DNA from: Octopus vulgaris
Taxonomy: Eukaryota
Assembly: GCA_951406725.2 (NCBI GenBank)
Contig: OX597823.1
Coordinates: 16,306,001 to 16,370,000, forward strand
Direction of reading: 5' to 3'
DNA length: 64,000 nucleotides
In this document: positions 14,101 to 26,860 of the stretch, piece after piece
Position numbering within the stretch: position 1 is the stretch's first letter
Layout of the letters: each line of letters starts with the position of its first letter
Position numbers and translations under genes: made by a program
The notes under the pieces: model-generated
What the model was told of the DNA's origin: nothing
Databases searched by the model: none
What the model saw: only the letters and a program-made list of their open reading frames with translations

Positions 14101-16066
14101 CAAGATGCCATAAATTGGGTTTAAACCAAGACTCCAGTGGGACCTCATTACTGTAGAGAAAACATCTTAACCACTCTGCCATGCATATGTCCATACATAA
14201 CTAACCTTCCCCACCTCCTTTTTCGGTTTCTATGACAATTTTACATTGATCAACAAGAGGTCAAGCTGTGACTATCCTGTCCTTTTCCTGACATAATCTA
14301 TCCATTTCTTGGTATAGCGCATATTCAGGACAGTAAAGTATGGTTTAGGAAAACTTCAGTTACTGATTCTAGCAGGCTAAGAGATCACACAGACATTTCC
14401 TCATATTAATGTTTAATCAAGTAAGACATTTTTATTGGCTTGCTAGCCCCTAAATACAGGACTACCCTGAACCTTGCAAAATGTAGAGGATCATCAATTC
14501 CTACCGAGTTCACCTTCTTTGTCGCTACAATGGCTACTACAAGAACCTACAGATATAAAAACATACCAAGACTTCCAAACAGTACCCCAGTTGATAAACT
14601 GCCTGCATGCCAAGCAAAATAGGGATGATATATCTAGGGAAATGATGTGTGGATTACACCTCATTATACTGACAACTTATATGCCACAAGTTTCTTCAAT
14701 CAGTCGAGTTAAAAGTGTGATTTGATATAAAAAGAGAGTCTAGGATGTTAGGGTAACCCCTTTGCACTGTTTATAGTTCTATAAAAAGGTAAAAAAAAAA
14801 ACAAAGGTAAAAAAAAAAAACAAAAAAAAAAAACTGATGCAACACACGTACACACGTAATATGTAGGCTGCAACATTTCAAAATTTCAAACAATCTCTCT
14901 CTCTCTCTCTCTTTCAATATATATATATATATAGAGAGAGAGAGATAGAGAGAATGATACATGCACAATCACACGCACACACACATACACACACACCTGC
15001 TAAGGCACAAAATGCACAAATATATACCAAAAATAGTTTGTTTCATAAATTTCATATACATGCACATACTGAAACACAGCTGTGTACACACACACACACA
15101 CACACACATGCGCACACACACACACACACACGCACACACACAGATATAACAATCTGCAACGTTATTGATTTTACATTAATAATATTTTTTTGATTTCTAT
15201 CAACAATTAAAAAAAAAATGAAAATAAATAAAAAGTAAATAAATGAAATGAAAAATAAAGATTTTTGGCTAAATTGTGTTTTTGAGGGCAGCAGGCTTTA
15301 AATTGTTGAAACTTTCAGTTTCTTTTGAATCCCCTCTTTTCGCTATTCAAAAGCTCTATATTTTTAGGGAGAAGGAGAAATATGGTGATATTTCAAGCCC
15401 TTCCTGGCTGTCAGCAGGAATCAAAGCTTTTTAGGTCTGTTGCATACATGAACCATTAGACATTCTGTGGTTTGGTACCAACTTGTCCATCACAGCAACA
15501 CAGCCAAAATCTTGACCCCCACCTCTACTGTATCATGCCATGAAAATGCTGTATCAAATAATTTTCCACCCAATTGGGGTTTTTTTTTTCTGTCCCCTAA
15601 ATTAGAGCTCCCTGGGATTTTCTCTTTGCCCAACCCACATTTTCTCAGACAGGCCTCCCACCTGCAGTAATAAAAGCTGAACAAACATCAACCATGTCGT
15701 GGCAACCTCACCAGTGATGAGGAGGAAGAGTGTGCATAGGTCATTTATGGACACTGTCCCTCCTCACTGAATAAAAATATTAAAAGAAAAACAAAAAAAA
15801 TAAAAAGAAAAAATAAAATAAATGAAATTACCAAAGAAGGAAAAATAAATATTTAAAAAAAGGAAAAAGAAATAAATTTGTAATAAAAATAAAAAAAATT
15901 CAAAGAGAGAATTTGAAAAATGTTGTCCATAATCAATAGATCTGAACTGATTTTCAATTTCTAAACAGAAGCTGGGAGGGCCGTGTTTGTTTCTGCTGCT
16001 GTGTTGTGAAACAGCAGTCTTGAGATCAATGTTTAGTGTAAGTTAACAATCAAACACGAAGTCCTG

Positions 16067-16157
16067 TCAATGATAGGTCTTGAAGTTGGCTACACTTTGT
16101 TTAATGTCCCGGCATTTCTTCAAGTAAGGGAAGAGATAGCAGTGAAGTGACCATAAT
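16067..16157 (-). CDS. fng: fringe last coding exon (LWSLHCYLFPYLKKCRDIKQSVANFKTYH*)
   Basis: ttttccAG acceptor at 16159-16158 and TGA at 16069-16067. Has the S-HC-L-P---C C-terminal fringe pattern and is followed by a U-rich putative 3' UTR. Confidence 0.94.
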
Positions 16158-16543
16158 CTGGAAAAAGAAAAACCAATAAAAATATAAAGATGTAAAAACA
16201 AAAAATAATTTAAAAAAGAAATTTCTAAAGTCAGCACAAGTTTACATATATTTGGTAAAAACAGCTTATTTGATTCAACTAGCTCCAGAATATAACTGGT
16301 ACTTTATTTTATCAACTCCAAAAGGATGAAAAATTAAAAAAATTGATCTTAGTGAGATTGGAATTCAGAATGTAAGTAACTATATAAAGGTATTTTGTTT
16401 TAGTATGGTGGTGCTCTACCATTGTTGCCACTCATCAACCTTTAATAATAGCAACACAAGAATATATGTATACAAATTTATTTTTAGTATTTTTCTGGTG
16501 GGAGAAGGTGAATGGGTAAAAACTGTATCCTCTGCTTCATAGA

Positions 16544-16945
16544 GCAGGAGTGGCTGTGTGGTAAGTAGCTTGCTAACCAACCACATGGTTCCGGGTTCAG
16601 TCCCACAGCGTGGCATTTTGGGCAAGTGTCTTCTGCTATAGCCCCGGGCCGACCAATGCCTTGTGAGTGGATTTGGTAGACGGAAACTGAAAGAAGCCCG
16701 TCGTATATATGTATATATATATATGTGTGTGTATGTTTGTGTGTCTGCGTTTGTCCCCCAACACCGCTTGACAACCGATGCTGGTGTGTTTACATCCTCG
16801 TAACTTAGCAGTTCGGCAAAAGAGACCGATAGAATAAGTACTGGGCTTACAAAGAATAAGTCCCGGGGTCGATTTGCTCGACTAAAGGCGGTGCTCCAGC
16901 ATGGCCACAGTCAAATGACTGAAACAAGTAAAAGAGAGTAAGAGT
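16544..16945 (+). mobile_element. SINE family A, full length, in the last fringe intron
   Basis: A and B boxes, full body and tail present. Confidence 0.88.
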
Positions 16946-17531
16946 ATAGTTGAATGGTTCACAGTGGGAAGAGCATCCAACTGATTACAACTGATCTAAC
17001 TTGAGATTCTATGTTGTTGCTGTTAAAAGTAGGAGCCAAATTACCATTGAATTGTACACCTTACTTTAAAACTATATAAAAAAAAAAAAAAGACACATTA
17101 GGTAATGCAATCCTAGACACTCCTTCTTCCAAAAGATGAGAAGGTCATATCTAGAATGCCTTACATGAAAGGCCTGCTAGATTAGAGCTGACCTGAAGCT
17201 AAACAAGTGTGCTAAGAAATAAACTATCATAAGCATGGGAATAGATGTGATAGCAATAAACCCTAAACACAAACACACATATATATGTATACATATATAT
17301 TTTAAAGAGCATAGTTAAATGCCATTTTTGTTTGTGCAAACCACCAGAGTACTCAATACACAATCATGAGGAGTGCTTATTATTTATATTGTTTGTAGTA
17401 ATTGTCAGACTGTAGTTTCACATAAGTAGCCAGGGAGTTGGACACACTGATCTGTAGCAAATATTTCCATTAGATAGGGAAGAAAAAGACTAGTACATAT
17501 GGAAACAACAAGAGGAATTAAACAACCACCA

Positions 17532-17564
<33 letters not shown>

Positions 17565-17597
17565 TATATGATCTGTTATTACAAAATGCACATGAAT

Positions 17598-17744
17598 ATT
17601 ATTTACATTATTTACATTCGACAGATATTTGTCCTCATCTTGTTTGTTATTAACACAACATTTTGGCTGATATACCTTCCAGCCTTCTTCAAATGTCTTG
17701 GGGAAATTTCGACCCTGGGTTCTCATTCCTAAGGTATTTTTCGA

Positions 17745-17778
<34 letters not shown>

Positions 17779-17879
17779 GTTCAGGTTACTGCTTGGAATC
17801 GAACTCAGAATCTGGGGGTTAGTAGCCTGTGCTCTTAACCACTATGCCATATGCCCATGGGCATATGGCATAGTGGTTA
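17598..17879 (-). mobile_element. tRNA-headed element with hammerhead-like tail (family H), copy 1
   Basis: A box TGGCATAGTGG, B box GAGTTCGATTCC, (AAT)n spacer, degenerate hammerhead at 17652-17697 and a 44-bp palindrome at the 5' end. Confidence 0.75.
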
Positions 17880-17993
17880 GGATGCTGCACATGAATGTTC
17901 ATTATACAATTATTCTTCCATGCTACTCTGAACGCATACATATATAAATATATAATATCACTGGATACAATAGACAAATTAAGGGTTCTTTAC

Positions 17994-18076
17994 CTAGTAG
18001 GGTCTTCATCTTCTGAAAATCCTGGAACATTAACAATATTCATTTTCTCTCCATAGTAGGAATAACTGAATGTTAC
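17994..18076 (-). CDS. fng: fringe exon (VTFSYSYYGEKMNIVNVPGFSEDEDPT-R)
   Basis: ttgtAG acceptor and GTAAAG donor at 17993. 83 nt. Shows the VT-SY...N...F...DP-R fringe pattern. Confidence 0.95.
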
Positions 18077-18296
18077 CTACAATGTAAAAAAAAAAAAACT
18101 TGGTTTGAACACAGAGCACTTATGTAACAAAATGTAATAAACAAAGTCAGAGTTTACAACATGCATGTTGACAGCATTGACACACAGACGGTTTCGTAGT
18201 CACAGTAGTAACACAGTCAGTCACTGTAGTAACAGCCACATAGTCGCAGCAGTAACACAGCAAGAACACAAACAGCAGGAATATAAGTCAACTTAC

Positions 18297-18391
18297 ATGT
18301 TTTTCCAGTTGGTTAGGTCGTAGTAACCAAAGTGCCTCGAGGTGTGAATGGAAGTCTTCTACTTCTGTGAGTGGTTTCTTCAAAAGATGTC
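18297..18391 (-). CDS. fng: fringe exon (G-HLLKKPLTEVEDFHSHLEALWLLRPNQLEKH)
   Basis: cttcttcAG acceptor and GTAAGT donor at 18296. 95 nt. Contains the FHSHLE motif, with phases consistent with neighbouring exons. Confidence 0.96.
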
Positions 18392-18545
18392 CTGAAGAAG
18401 AAATAGGAAAAATATTTAACCATTTATTGTTGCATTTCGGAATGGTCGTTTTGCCAGTTTAGCCAATAAAAACACACGCACTATATATTTGGTGTTACTT
18501 TGCTTCAGTGTTATTTATTTTTTACATTAAACTTAATCTTATTTT

Positions 18546-18590
18546 GGCCAGAGTTCTTTCGTCACACTCCTGTGACCTCAGCAGTGGTCC
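18546..18590 (-). ncRNA. Degenerate minimal hammerhead-like motif
   Basis: GGACCA-CUGCUGA-G-GUCAC(aggagu)GUGAC-GAAA-GAAC-UC-UGGCC. Core position A6 is C. Confidence 0.45.
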
Positions 18591-18709
18591 TTTGCTTTCT
18601 TCTTTCTTATTTGTGTGTCTCTCCTTACTAACAATCAGCCATTTTGTATTTCTATTGTCTGTGTCTTCATTTGCGCATTCGTATATCTCTATGTGTGTCT
18701 ATGTTTAGT

Positions 18710-18933
18710 TTAACCATTTAGCGTTCTGATTTCTTTGTTAAATGTATTGCTTATTTCTTCACATTGTTTTGACGTTATCAGATATAATCCCATAACTTCA
18801 ATATTGCAATGATGTTAAAGAATGACATTGTAGGGTAGGTAGGTAGGTGTGAAAGCTTGGATCTGGTCAGTTTAACTTAGAACAGGTAGAATATTTTGGC
18901 CAGATATGGCTGGTTTAAATGCTAGAGAGTTAA
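18710..18933. mobile_element. Second TTAA-flanked MITE family (older)
   Basis: ttaacc.tttagc ... aaatgcta.ag.gttaa ends. Homologue at 44534-44746. Confidence 0.65.
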
Positions 18934-20110
18934 CATGGGTCTATTTTTAAAGACTGTATTCTATTTACAGAACCCCTATTTTGCCTAAAGAGATGAAAGG
19001 TAAAGTCAGAATTTGAACTCAGGATTTAGTGTAACAAAAGTAAATACTACAGCATTAAGGTTACCTGTTTAGTCTAATGCTGTACTAAATTTGCAATAGT
19101 CAATTGGACGAAAGTTGAAGAGCAGCAGATTAACAGAATCATCAGAGCGTCAGATAAAATGTTTGGTATTTAGTTTCGACCCTCTATGCTCTGAGTTCAA
19201 ATCCTGCTGAGCTCTATAAATATGTTGTTTCTCCAACCTGTCTAATTATACCAATACTACAATGGCCTCTGCTTCTAGGAATTACCTAGTTGCATGCCAC
19301 CTCCACCTCTGCTTTCCCATCTGCATTCTCATCACTCTCTACAGCACTGTTTTCCCTCCATGTCCTTATACTAATTATATGCAATCCTTCCTTCCCAGAA
19401 TATCAAATCCTCTGAAATTTTCAAATTTCTTTTAGACAGAGATTGAGTTACAAATATTCAAACTAAATACACCAATCTTTCAAGTCACAGAGAACTCATA
19501 GAGATCATTCATGGGCTCTGCCCTATCTTTCTGCCTCACTACTAAAACATACAAAGCAAAATCTATCTCCGAGACTGGAGCGAGACCTCACCTGCATCCG
19601 TTTGCCATGCGCGATATCACAACGAGGCTTGCAATGGCAAACTGTATATAAGGGCAAAACAGAAACAGATTCATTCTTTCTCTCCGCTTCTATGCAGCAG
19701 CGCTTGCTGAGCACACTTCACTGGCTGGGCCTGTCTGCATGTTGTACCTCCAAAGGCAATGTGCCAGCACTAATGGAGATACAACACCATGCACACAGCT
19801 CGAGATGGTTGCTGAGAGCAGTATACTTCACCTATTCTGTGAAACTTGTAAATAAACCAGTTGTAAATTACATTTGCACTTAAAGACTTCTTTCTTCGCC
19901 TGCTGGAACCTGAACTACACGAAGAACAAGATATAATGGGAGAAGGCAATATTCTCCCGATATCATAAACCTTGCCTTCCATTATATAAGTAATTTGATT
20001 TTTCTGTCCACTCAGCTCCTTTCACTCCTCTATGGTCTATAGATATTAGCTTACCTATGACAAAGACGTATTTATGTAACTAGGATCAATAAATATAGGT
20101 ACTGACTTAC

Positions 20111-20181
20111 CTATGATATATCCAACTGTACAGTCATCTGGCAGGCGTATTTCTTCTCCAACAGCCATTAAACGACCTCCA
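20111..20181 (-). CDS. fng: fringe exon (GGRLMAVGEEIRLPDDCTVGYII)
   Basis: ttttAG acceptor at 20183-20182 and GTAAGT donor at 20110. 71 nt. Contains the IRLPDDCT-GYI motif. Not present in the ORF track. Confidence 0.96.
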
Positions 20182-23016
20182 CTAAAATATATAAATGTAA
20201 AACATTATTGAACAAATTAGTATAGAAGTGATTTGCATAAACTATTAACACCAGTATAATCATACCAACACCAACACCAACAATATCACCATCACCAGCA
20301 CCACCACTACCACCATCATCACATCACCACTGCTAATAGAATCATTGGCCAAAGTAAGAGCATTTTAATTTACAAGAAATAAATCACCTCAAATTACACC
20401 CAACCACCTTTAAAATAAAACATTGGATAATGTAGTCCTAGACTATTGAGGGTGAATATATGAGACATGAGACATGTGACATGCTATGGGGATTTTAAGT
20501 GACACATGATGGACATTAAAAAAAAAATCTCCCCTGAAAGATGTTATAAAAATCTTATCTCTAAGCACTAACCCAAAACTAAAACATATATACATGGAAG
20601 TGACATTCCAATACAATTATTATTAAAGAAGGTAAAATTCGGATACACTGGGCTAAAGAAAAATATATTAGCCATTGCCATCATTATCCTAGATACACTA
20701 CATCTGGGAAATAAAAAAATATATAAATAAATAAATAAGACAGCTTGGTTATGGTTGGAGTGCCTTTGGTCCTCCTAGGTTTGTTTGGGGCTAAACAAGC
20801 AGTAAGAATCAACAAAAATCATTAAATGCATGAGATTTGTTAGCACAGGAAATAATAACAACTTAGGCACTGACATGGCTGTGTGGTAAGAAGCTTGCTT
20901 CCCAGTTACTTGGTTCTGGGTTCAGTTCTACAGCATGGTACCCTGGGCAAGTGTCTTCTAAAGCTCCAGGTCGATCAAAGCCTGGTGAATGGATCTGGTA
21001 AACAAAACTGAAAGAAGCCTGTCGTTTCTGTGTTACTGTCTCCTTGCCTTGATTTTGTATGATAGTTGTAAAACAAGTGTCAGCATGTTCCATGCATGGA
21101 AACATGTCTAGTCATGAGGAAATATTACTTAATTTGGAAACAGGTGAAGGTTGGCAACAGGAAGAGCATCTGGTCGTAGAAAATCTGCATCAACAAATTC
21201 TGTCCATCCCATGCAAGTATGGGAAATGAACATTAAAATGATGACAATGATGATGGTGATGATGATGAAATGTGGCAATTCAAAGGAAATAGAATTGTTT
21301 AGAAATGAAATAATTTGAGGACACTAGGTGTATAAAAACAATGAAAATAACAAGAGTCATGGACTAAAATGGAGTCTTTTTTTTGTATGTCATTGCCTGT
21401 TAATTTCTAATTAGTTTTTTTAATGTTCCATGTAATACATAAACCTTGAATACTTAGACTAAATCTGTAATTTAAAGAAAATTATCCTTTAATCAGCTGT
21501 CTTGTTTATTTCTGTTAGTATTTAAGAGTTTAATTTTGAGACTTAGTTATACTCCATCAACAACCATTTATGATTTTTAAACACTTAGTATCAGTTAACA
21601 ATGAATATGGGAGAAGCTCGTTTAGAATATTATAGCTTCATAAATTAGTAAAGTACTTCAGTTATTACAAACACCGAAGGGAAGAATTGGTTGGTAGAGT
21701 ACTGGCCAAAATACCTTGTGGTACTAGGTTATGTTCCTTATATTCTGAATTCAAATCCTACCAAAGTCACCTTTGCTTTTCATCCTTCTGAGCTCAAGAA
21801 AAATAATCATCAGACTACAAGTACTGGGGAACCAATATAATTGACTGTAGGCAACACTTCATATGGTTACAGTCTGAGGATTATCAACATTTAACATCTG
21901 TTTTCCATGCTGGCATGGGTTAGATGGCTTGATGGAAACTGCCATGGCCAAAAGTCACACCAGGTTGGCTGGATGCTCTTCCTAATACCAACCACTTTAC
22001 AAAGTATACTGGGTGCTTTTTACAAGGCATCAACACCCACACCAAAGCTTTTTATGTGACACCTTGGTTTTAGGACATCAGTTCTGTTGTGGTGGGTAGG
22101 TCTTTTTGAGTACAGCAATGCACCACATATCTCGGTCCTATGTATTCTCCTTCATAAGGCTTGGCATTTTGAGACAGAATATAAGAATAGTATTTGCAAA
22201 GAAATAATTTAGACCATTCGTGAATTAACTCTTGTAAAGATTATATTACAAACAGAAACAAATGATAAGAGAAAGGACAACGGTTTTCTCTCATACATTA
22301 GTGAGTTCTTCAATATCTTCGAAATGAATGTAAACAGAATCAATACAATTAGTGTAACATTATACATGTCAGAATTGCCTAACTGACGTAGTCCAGTATG
22401 GTACTAAGAGGCACAAGTTTACACACACAATGGTGGTAGTGGTGGTGGTGGTAGTGGTGGAGGTAGTAGTAAAAAGGTGTGTGTGTGTGTGTGCACACGT
22501 GTTCTCAGAATAACTTAGAAGATAAGAAGCGGTAGGTACATGCCGGACATCAAATAAACTTGTAGCTTTAATGATGATAGCCCCACCGCCTGCCTCAACC
22601 TATACCTATATACATATCTTATTAACAGCTACAGATGCTTTAATTAAAGAAAGAGATAGTTGACACCTTGTGTCAGCACTCTACTGTGTACATTGATTGG
22701 TGCGGAGTGAGACATTTACTGACACAGAAACTGGCTTATTTAGTTAACATTCCAGACAGAGCATAAATTAGATAATGAATGTACAACAATTATAATAATA
22801 GCGGGTGGTGGAGGTCATGATGATGACAACAACAACAATCATGATGATGACAATGATGACAAGAAATAACTATGATGATGATGAAGATGATGACAGCAGC
22901 AATGGTTTCAAATTTTGGCACGAGACCAGTAATTTTGAGGCAGTGACTACACACATACAAATATACACAAGTACATACATGCACACACACACACACGCAC
23001 GCATGCACACACACAT

Positions 23017-23099
<83 letters not shown>

Positions 23100-23712
23100 G
23101 AGTAAAGAAAATGGATTGCTATCAATTTCGGCAAGTATGAGTATTCAGTTGTCTAATCATCTGAATTACCTGCTCGTTGAGTAAACCTGCTAAGTGACTG
23201 AGTATTCCATGGACTTGAAATTCTCAGGCAGAATCAGAATAACACAAGAGTGATAAAGCTGAACCTTTGAATCACATTTATAATTCTATCCAGCAGGCTT
23301 CCACACAGTTTCTGTCTACTCAATTTCACCCAAAAAAGAGTGGATGCCATGTGAGGATAGAACCTTGGACCTTGCAATTGCGAGATGAGCTTCTTAACCT
23401 CCAGACATGCTGTATCCACATACACAGTCATACATACAGCAATATAGCAGTACTATGGTAATTGTTGTCACAAGGTGTGCTTTCGTGCTGAATCTACAAC
23501 TCTTAGCTTAAATATAAACATACGAAGTTCAGGTTATTCCTATACATTGTATGACTACAGCCTGATTCAATTTTCTTTTCTGAGTGTATATTATTAGATC
23601 TGAAAATAATTCATGAGAAAACACTGCACAAACAAAATTATTTTATAGAAAATTTTACCAGCTTGGTCAGTGTCTTGTGCTTACTTTGCACTCCTAAAAT
23701 AAATATTCTTTA

Positions 23713-23736
23713 TTATATATATATATATATATATAT

Positions 23737-23775
<39 letters not shown>

Positions 23776-24020
23776 CATATATATATATACATATATATAT
23801 ACATATATATATACATATATATATATATACATACATATATATATATATACATACATACATACATACATATATATATATATACATGCATATATATACATGC
23901 ATATATATATACATACATATATACATATATATATACATACATGTATATATATATACATACATATATATATATATATACATACATATATATATATATACAT
24001 ACATATATATATATACATGC

Positions 24021-24105
<85 letters not shown>

Positions 24106-24118
24106 AATATATATATAT
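23713..24118. repeat. (TA)n/(TACA)n compound microsatellite
   Basis: Direct reading. It explains the YIYI ORFs. Confidence 0.97.
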
Positions 24119-24659
24119 CTGTAAATATAATATGTGACAATTATTTGGTAGCCATGATAAAACTCCAACTTTCAGATGTTGGGGTGGAAACCCACGCCGC
24201 CATCTCTTCAGTTATCCGGCCATCGTAAAAATGCTATGAAAATGACCTCAGTAGGTCCACTTCGAAGTCTTCCAAGCCTTTGATTTTTGGAGGGAATTTC
24301 TTAGATTTAATACCATAGAATATATTCTCTGTAGTGTCCTCTTCCAGGTTGTAAAAGAAAGCTTTCCATCTCATGCACTTAATAAGGTCTGTAATTTTCT
24401 CCAAGTTTCTTAGAGTATAGTTCCCTTGATGGTATAGGTATGTTTTTCATAGAGAAATCAATGTAGTAGGCGTCCATATTGAATTCTTCTGCAGGGCAGA
24501 GTCCTCAACAGATTTCTGGCAATTTTCCAAACTCCGAAACTCAGAGTTTTATAATGACAACCGAATAATTGTCACATATTATATTTACAGATAAATTCCT
24601 CTATTTACATAACATCGAGGTCTCTTTCGTTCTTTTGTTGTCTTACCATTTCTATCAAT
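24116..24659 (-). mobile_element. Internally deleted Penelope-like element: N-terminal ORF remnant, hammerhead-like motif and inverted repeats
   Basis: From ATG 24477: MDAYYIDFSMKNIPIPSRELYSKKL, frameshift, then EKITDLIKCMRWKAFFYNLEEDTTENIFYGIKSKKFPPKIKGLEDFEVDLLR. This resembles the PLE N-terminus (S-KNIPIPS...I-RMRWKAFF...YG-KS-K-PP), recalled from memory. Inverted repeats at 24116-24165 and 24544-24593. Confidence 0.72.
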
Positions 24660-24696
24660 ATATATATATATATATTCCTTTTTATACTTTTTGAGA

Positions 24697-24965
24697 TAAT
24701 GAAATTATTGTATACAGTGCTCTGGTGCACCACAACTTGTCAAAAAGTGCGTATAAAGTATATGCAGTAAAGTACAAATGTCCAGAAAGCGAACAATGTA
24801 TGAGTCAGACATTCAGCACATGCCTGTGTGTGTATGGAGGGGAGAAAATCAGGTGTAGTGTTGGTGAATCTCAGGAAGCATGGAAGTTTTGAAGGATGCA
24901 GTGCTCTGACAACTAACAACTGATGCTGGCAGTTTGTTCCATGCTTCAGCAACTTTCAGCATGAA
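24697..24965 (-). mobile_element. CR1-type LINE 3' end fragment
   Basis: Near-identical to 700-920 (gaaattattgtatacagtgctc...ggcagtttgttcca). Confidence 0.85.
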
Positions 24966-25108
24966 GATCTAGTTATATGTTTTATAAAAATATATTTTAT
25001 TTGTTATTCATGTTTTGGTTTATGTCTATCACTGTTTGAGTTGCATAATAGTGGTTTTATCTCTAATTTATATACACATACACACATATATATATACATA
25101 TATATATA

Positions 25109-25157
<49 letters not shown>

Positions 25158-25158
25158 G

Positions 25159-25189
<31 letters not shown>

Positions 25190-25485
25190 AACAATTATAT
25201 GTACCAGGTAAATGAGAAGAAGAAGCATATTAGTTTGAAATAGCTTGCATCCTTTCTCCCTGCAATTCTGCAAAGGGTCTCATACTTCGCACACTTCCAT
25301 TTAAAGGCTTGATTGCACACTTCGTCCCACAGGACCAGTGAGTTAGATCAAGATTATTTTTGTTATTTTTACAGACGGTACAGCATGAAAAACATCGTTT
25401 CTATCATCTTAGGTCAGTGTCTGGTGCTTACCTCATGTACCTAAAATGTACACCATACATATGTACACCATACATATTCTCTTTA

Positions 25486-25793
25486 CTTATTCTTTGTAAG
25501 CCCAGTACTTATTCTATCAGTCTCTTTTGCCGAACTGCTAAGTTACGGAGATGTACACACACCAGCATCAGTTGTCAAGCGATGTTGGGAGCAAAAATAC
25601 AGACACACAAACATACACACACACACATATGTATATATACGATGGGCTTCTTTCAGTTTCCGTCTACCAAATCCACTCACAAGGCTCTGGTCGGCCCGAG
25701 GCTATAGTAGAAGACACTTGCCCAAGATGCCACGCAGTGGGACTGAACCCGGAACCATGTGGTTGGTAAGCAAGCTACTTACCACACAGCCAC
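25486..25793 (-). mobile_element. SINE family A (3'-truncated)
   Basis: Homologous to the other copies. Confidence 0.83.
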
Positions 25794-25910
25794 TGGTAAT
25801 CCCAAATGAGATTTTACTCAAATCATGACAACTCATTCCAAGGAAATTGGGTGTAAAGTGATGATGATGATGATGATGATGATGATATACCCTGCACACA
25901 TAAACAACAC

Positions 25911-25954
<44 letters not shown>

Positions 25955-26555
25955 TGTCTATATACATACATGCATGCACACAAAGTGCATGTGTGTGTGC
26001 GTGTGTGTGTGCATGTGTGTGTGTGTGTGTGTGTGAGTGAGTGAGTGAGTGTGGTGTATAAATATTTAAATGCCTTCAAAGACATACCAAAAATAAATAA
26101 AAGAAAGAAAAACTACACAAAACAATGTATGGGCATCAATTAAAAGACACCTGCACCAGGTAAATCTTAGCCAGAAGAGATACTAAATGGATGAAAAAAA
26201 AGAAAACAGAAACAAAAACAAATTTTTTTTTATAAACCAATGAAAGAACTAAACTAACCTGTCAAATAAATGAAATTGGAAAGATATCAAACTTTGGTTT
26301 AGTTCACACATTCTGTCAAGCAAGCTACCTGATACCCTACCTGACAACCTACCCAAATTTCTTTCTCTTTTCTAAATGTTTTACATAACATTTACTGATG
26401 CTTGCATGGTCTTGTCAATTTAGACATATACTTCAAACAGTTGTTTTTAAGACAGCCTGTCCATAATCAGTCAACAATATGCCTGCAGCTGTGGAGTTAA
26501 CTTGGCTACCCCAGCCAACTTAGTTTGGGCAATACACATACATATATACATATAT

Positions 26556-26860
26556 GTGGAGGCGCAATGGCCCAGTGGTTAGGGCAGCGGACTCGCGGTC
26601 AGAGGATCGCGGTTTTGATTCCCAGACCGGCTGTTGTGTGTGTTTATTGAGCGAAAACACCTAAAAGCTCCACGAGGCTCCGGCAGGGGGTGGTGATCCC
26701 TGCTGTACTCATTCACCACTCTTTCTCACTCTTTCTTCTGTTGGCCTGCTCGCTTAGCCAGCGGGGTGGCGTCGTTCGAAGGTTAAAACAATGCGAACGC
26801 ATTGTGACCAACGATGTGTAGCAACATTTGATGGTCTGGTCGGTCATGTGATCACGTGAT
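26556..26860 (+). mobile_element. tRNA-derived SINE family D with RTE-type 3' tail
   Basis: Head gtggaggcgcaaTGGCCCAGTGGttagggcagcggactcgcggtc...GGTTTTGATTCC and tail ctggtcggtcatgtgatcacgtgat. Flanked by (TA)n. Possibly an Octopus OR-type SINE (inference). Confidence 0.8.

Noticed and set aside
15487-15496. K-box-like CTGTGAT in the putative fringe 3' UTR
   Set aside because: It is a single short match, the UTR extent is unknown, and it is expected by chance.
26556-26635. Functional tRNA genes at SINE heads (also 17780-17857 and 47722-47797)
   Set aside because: A and B boxes are present, but there is no closed acceptor stem or terminator and each runs into a repeat body.
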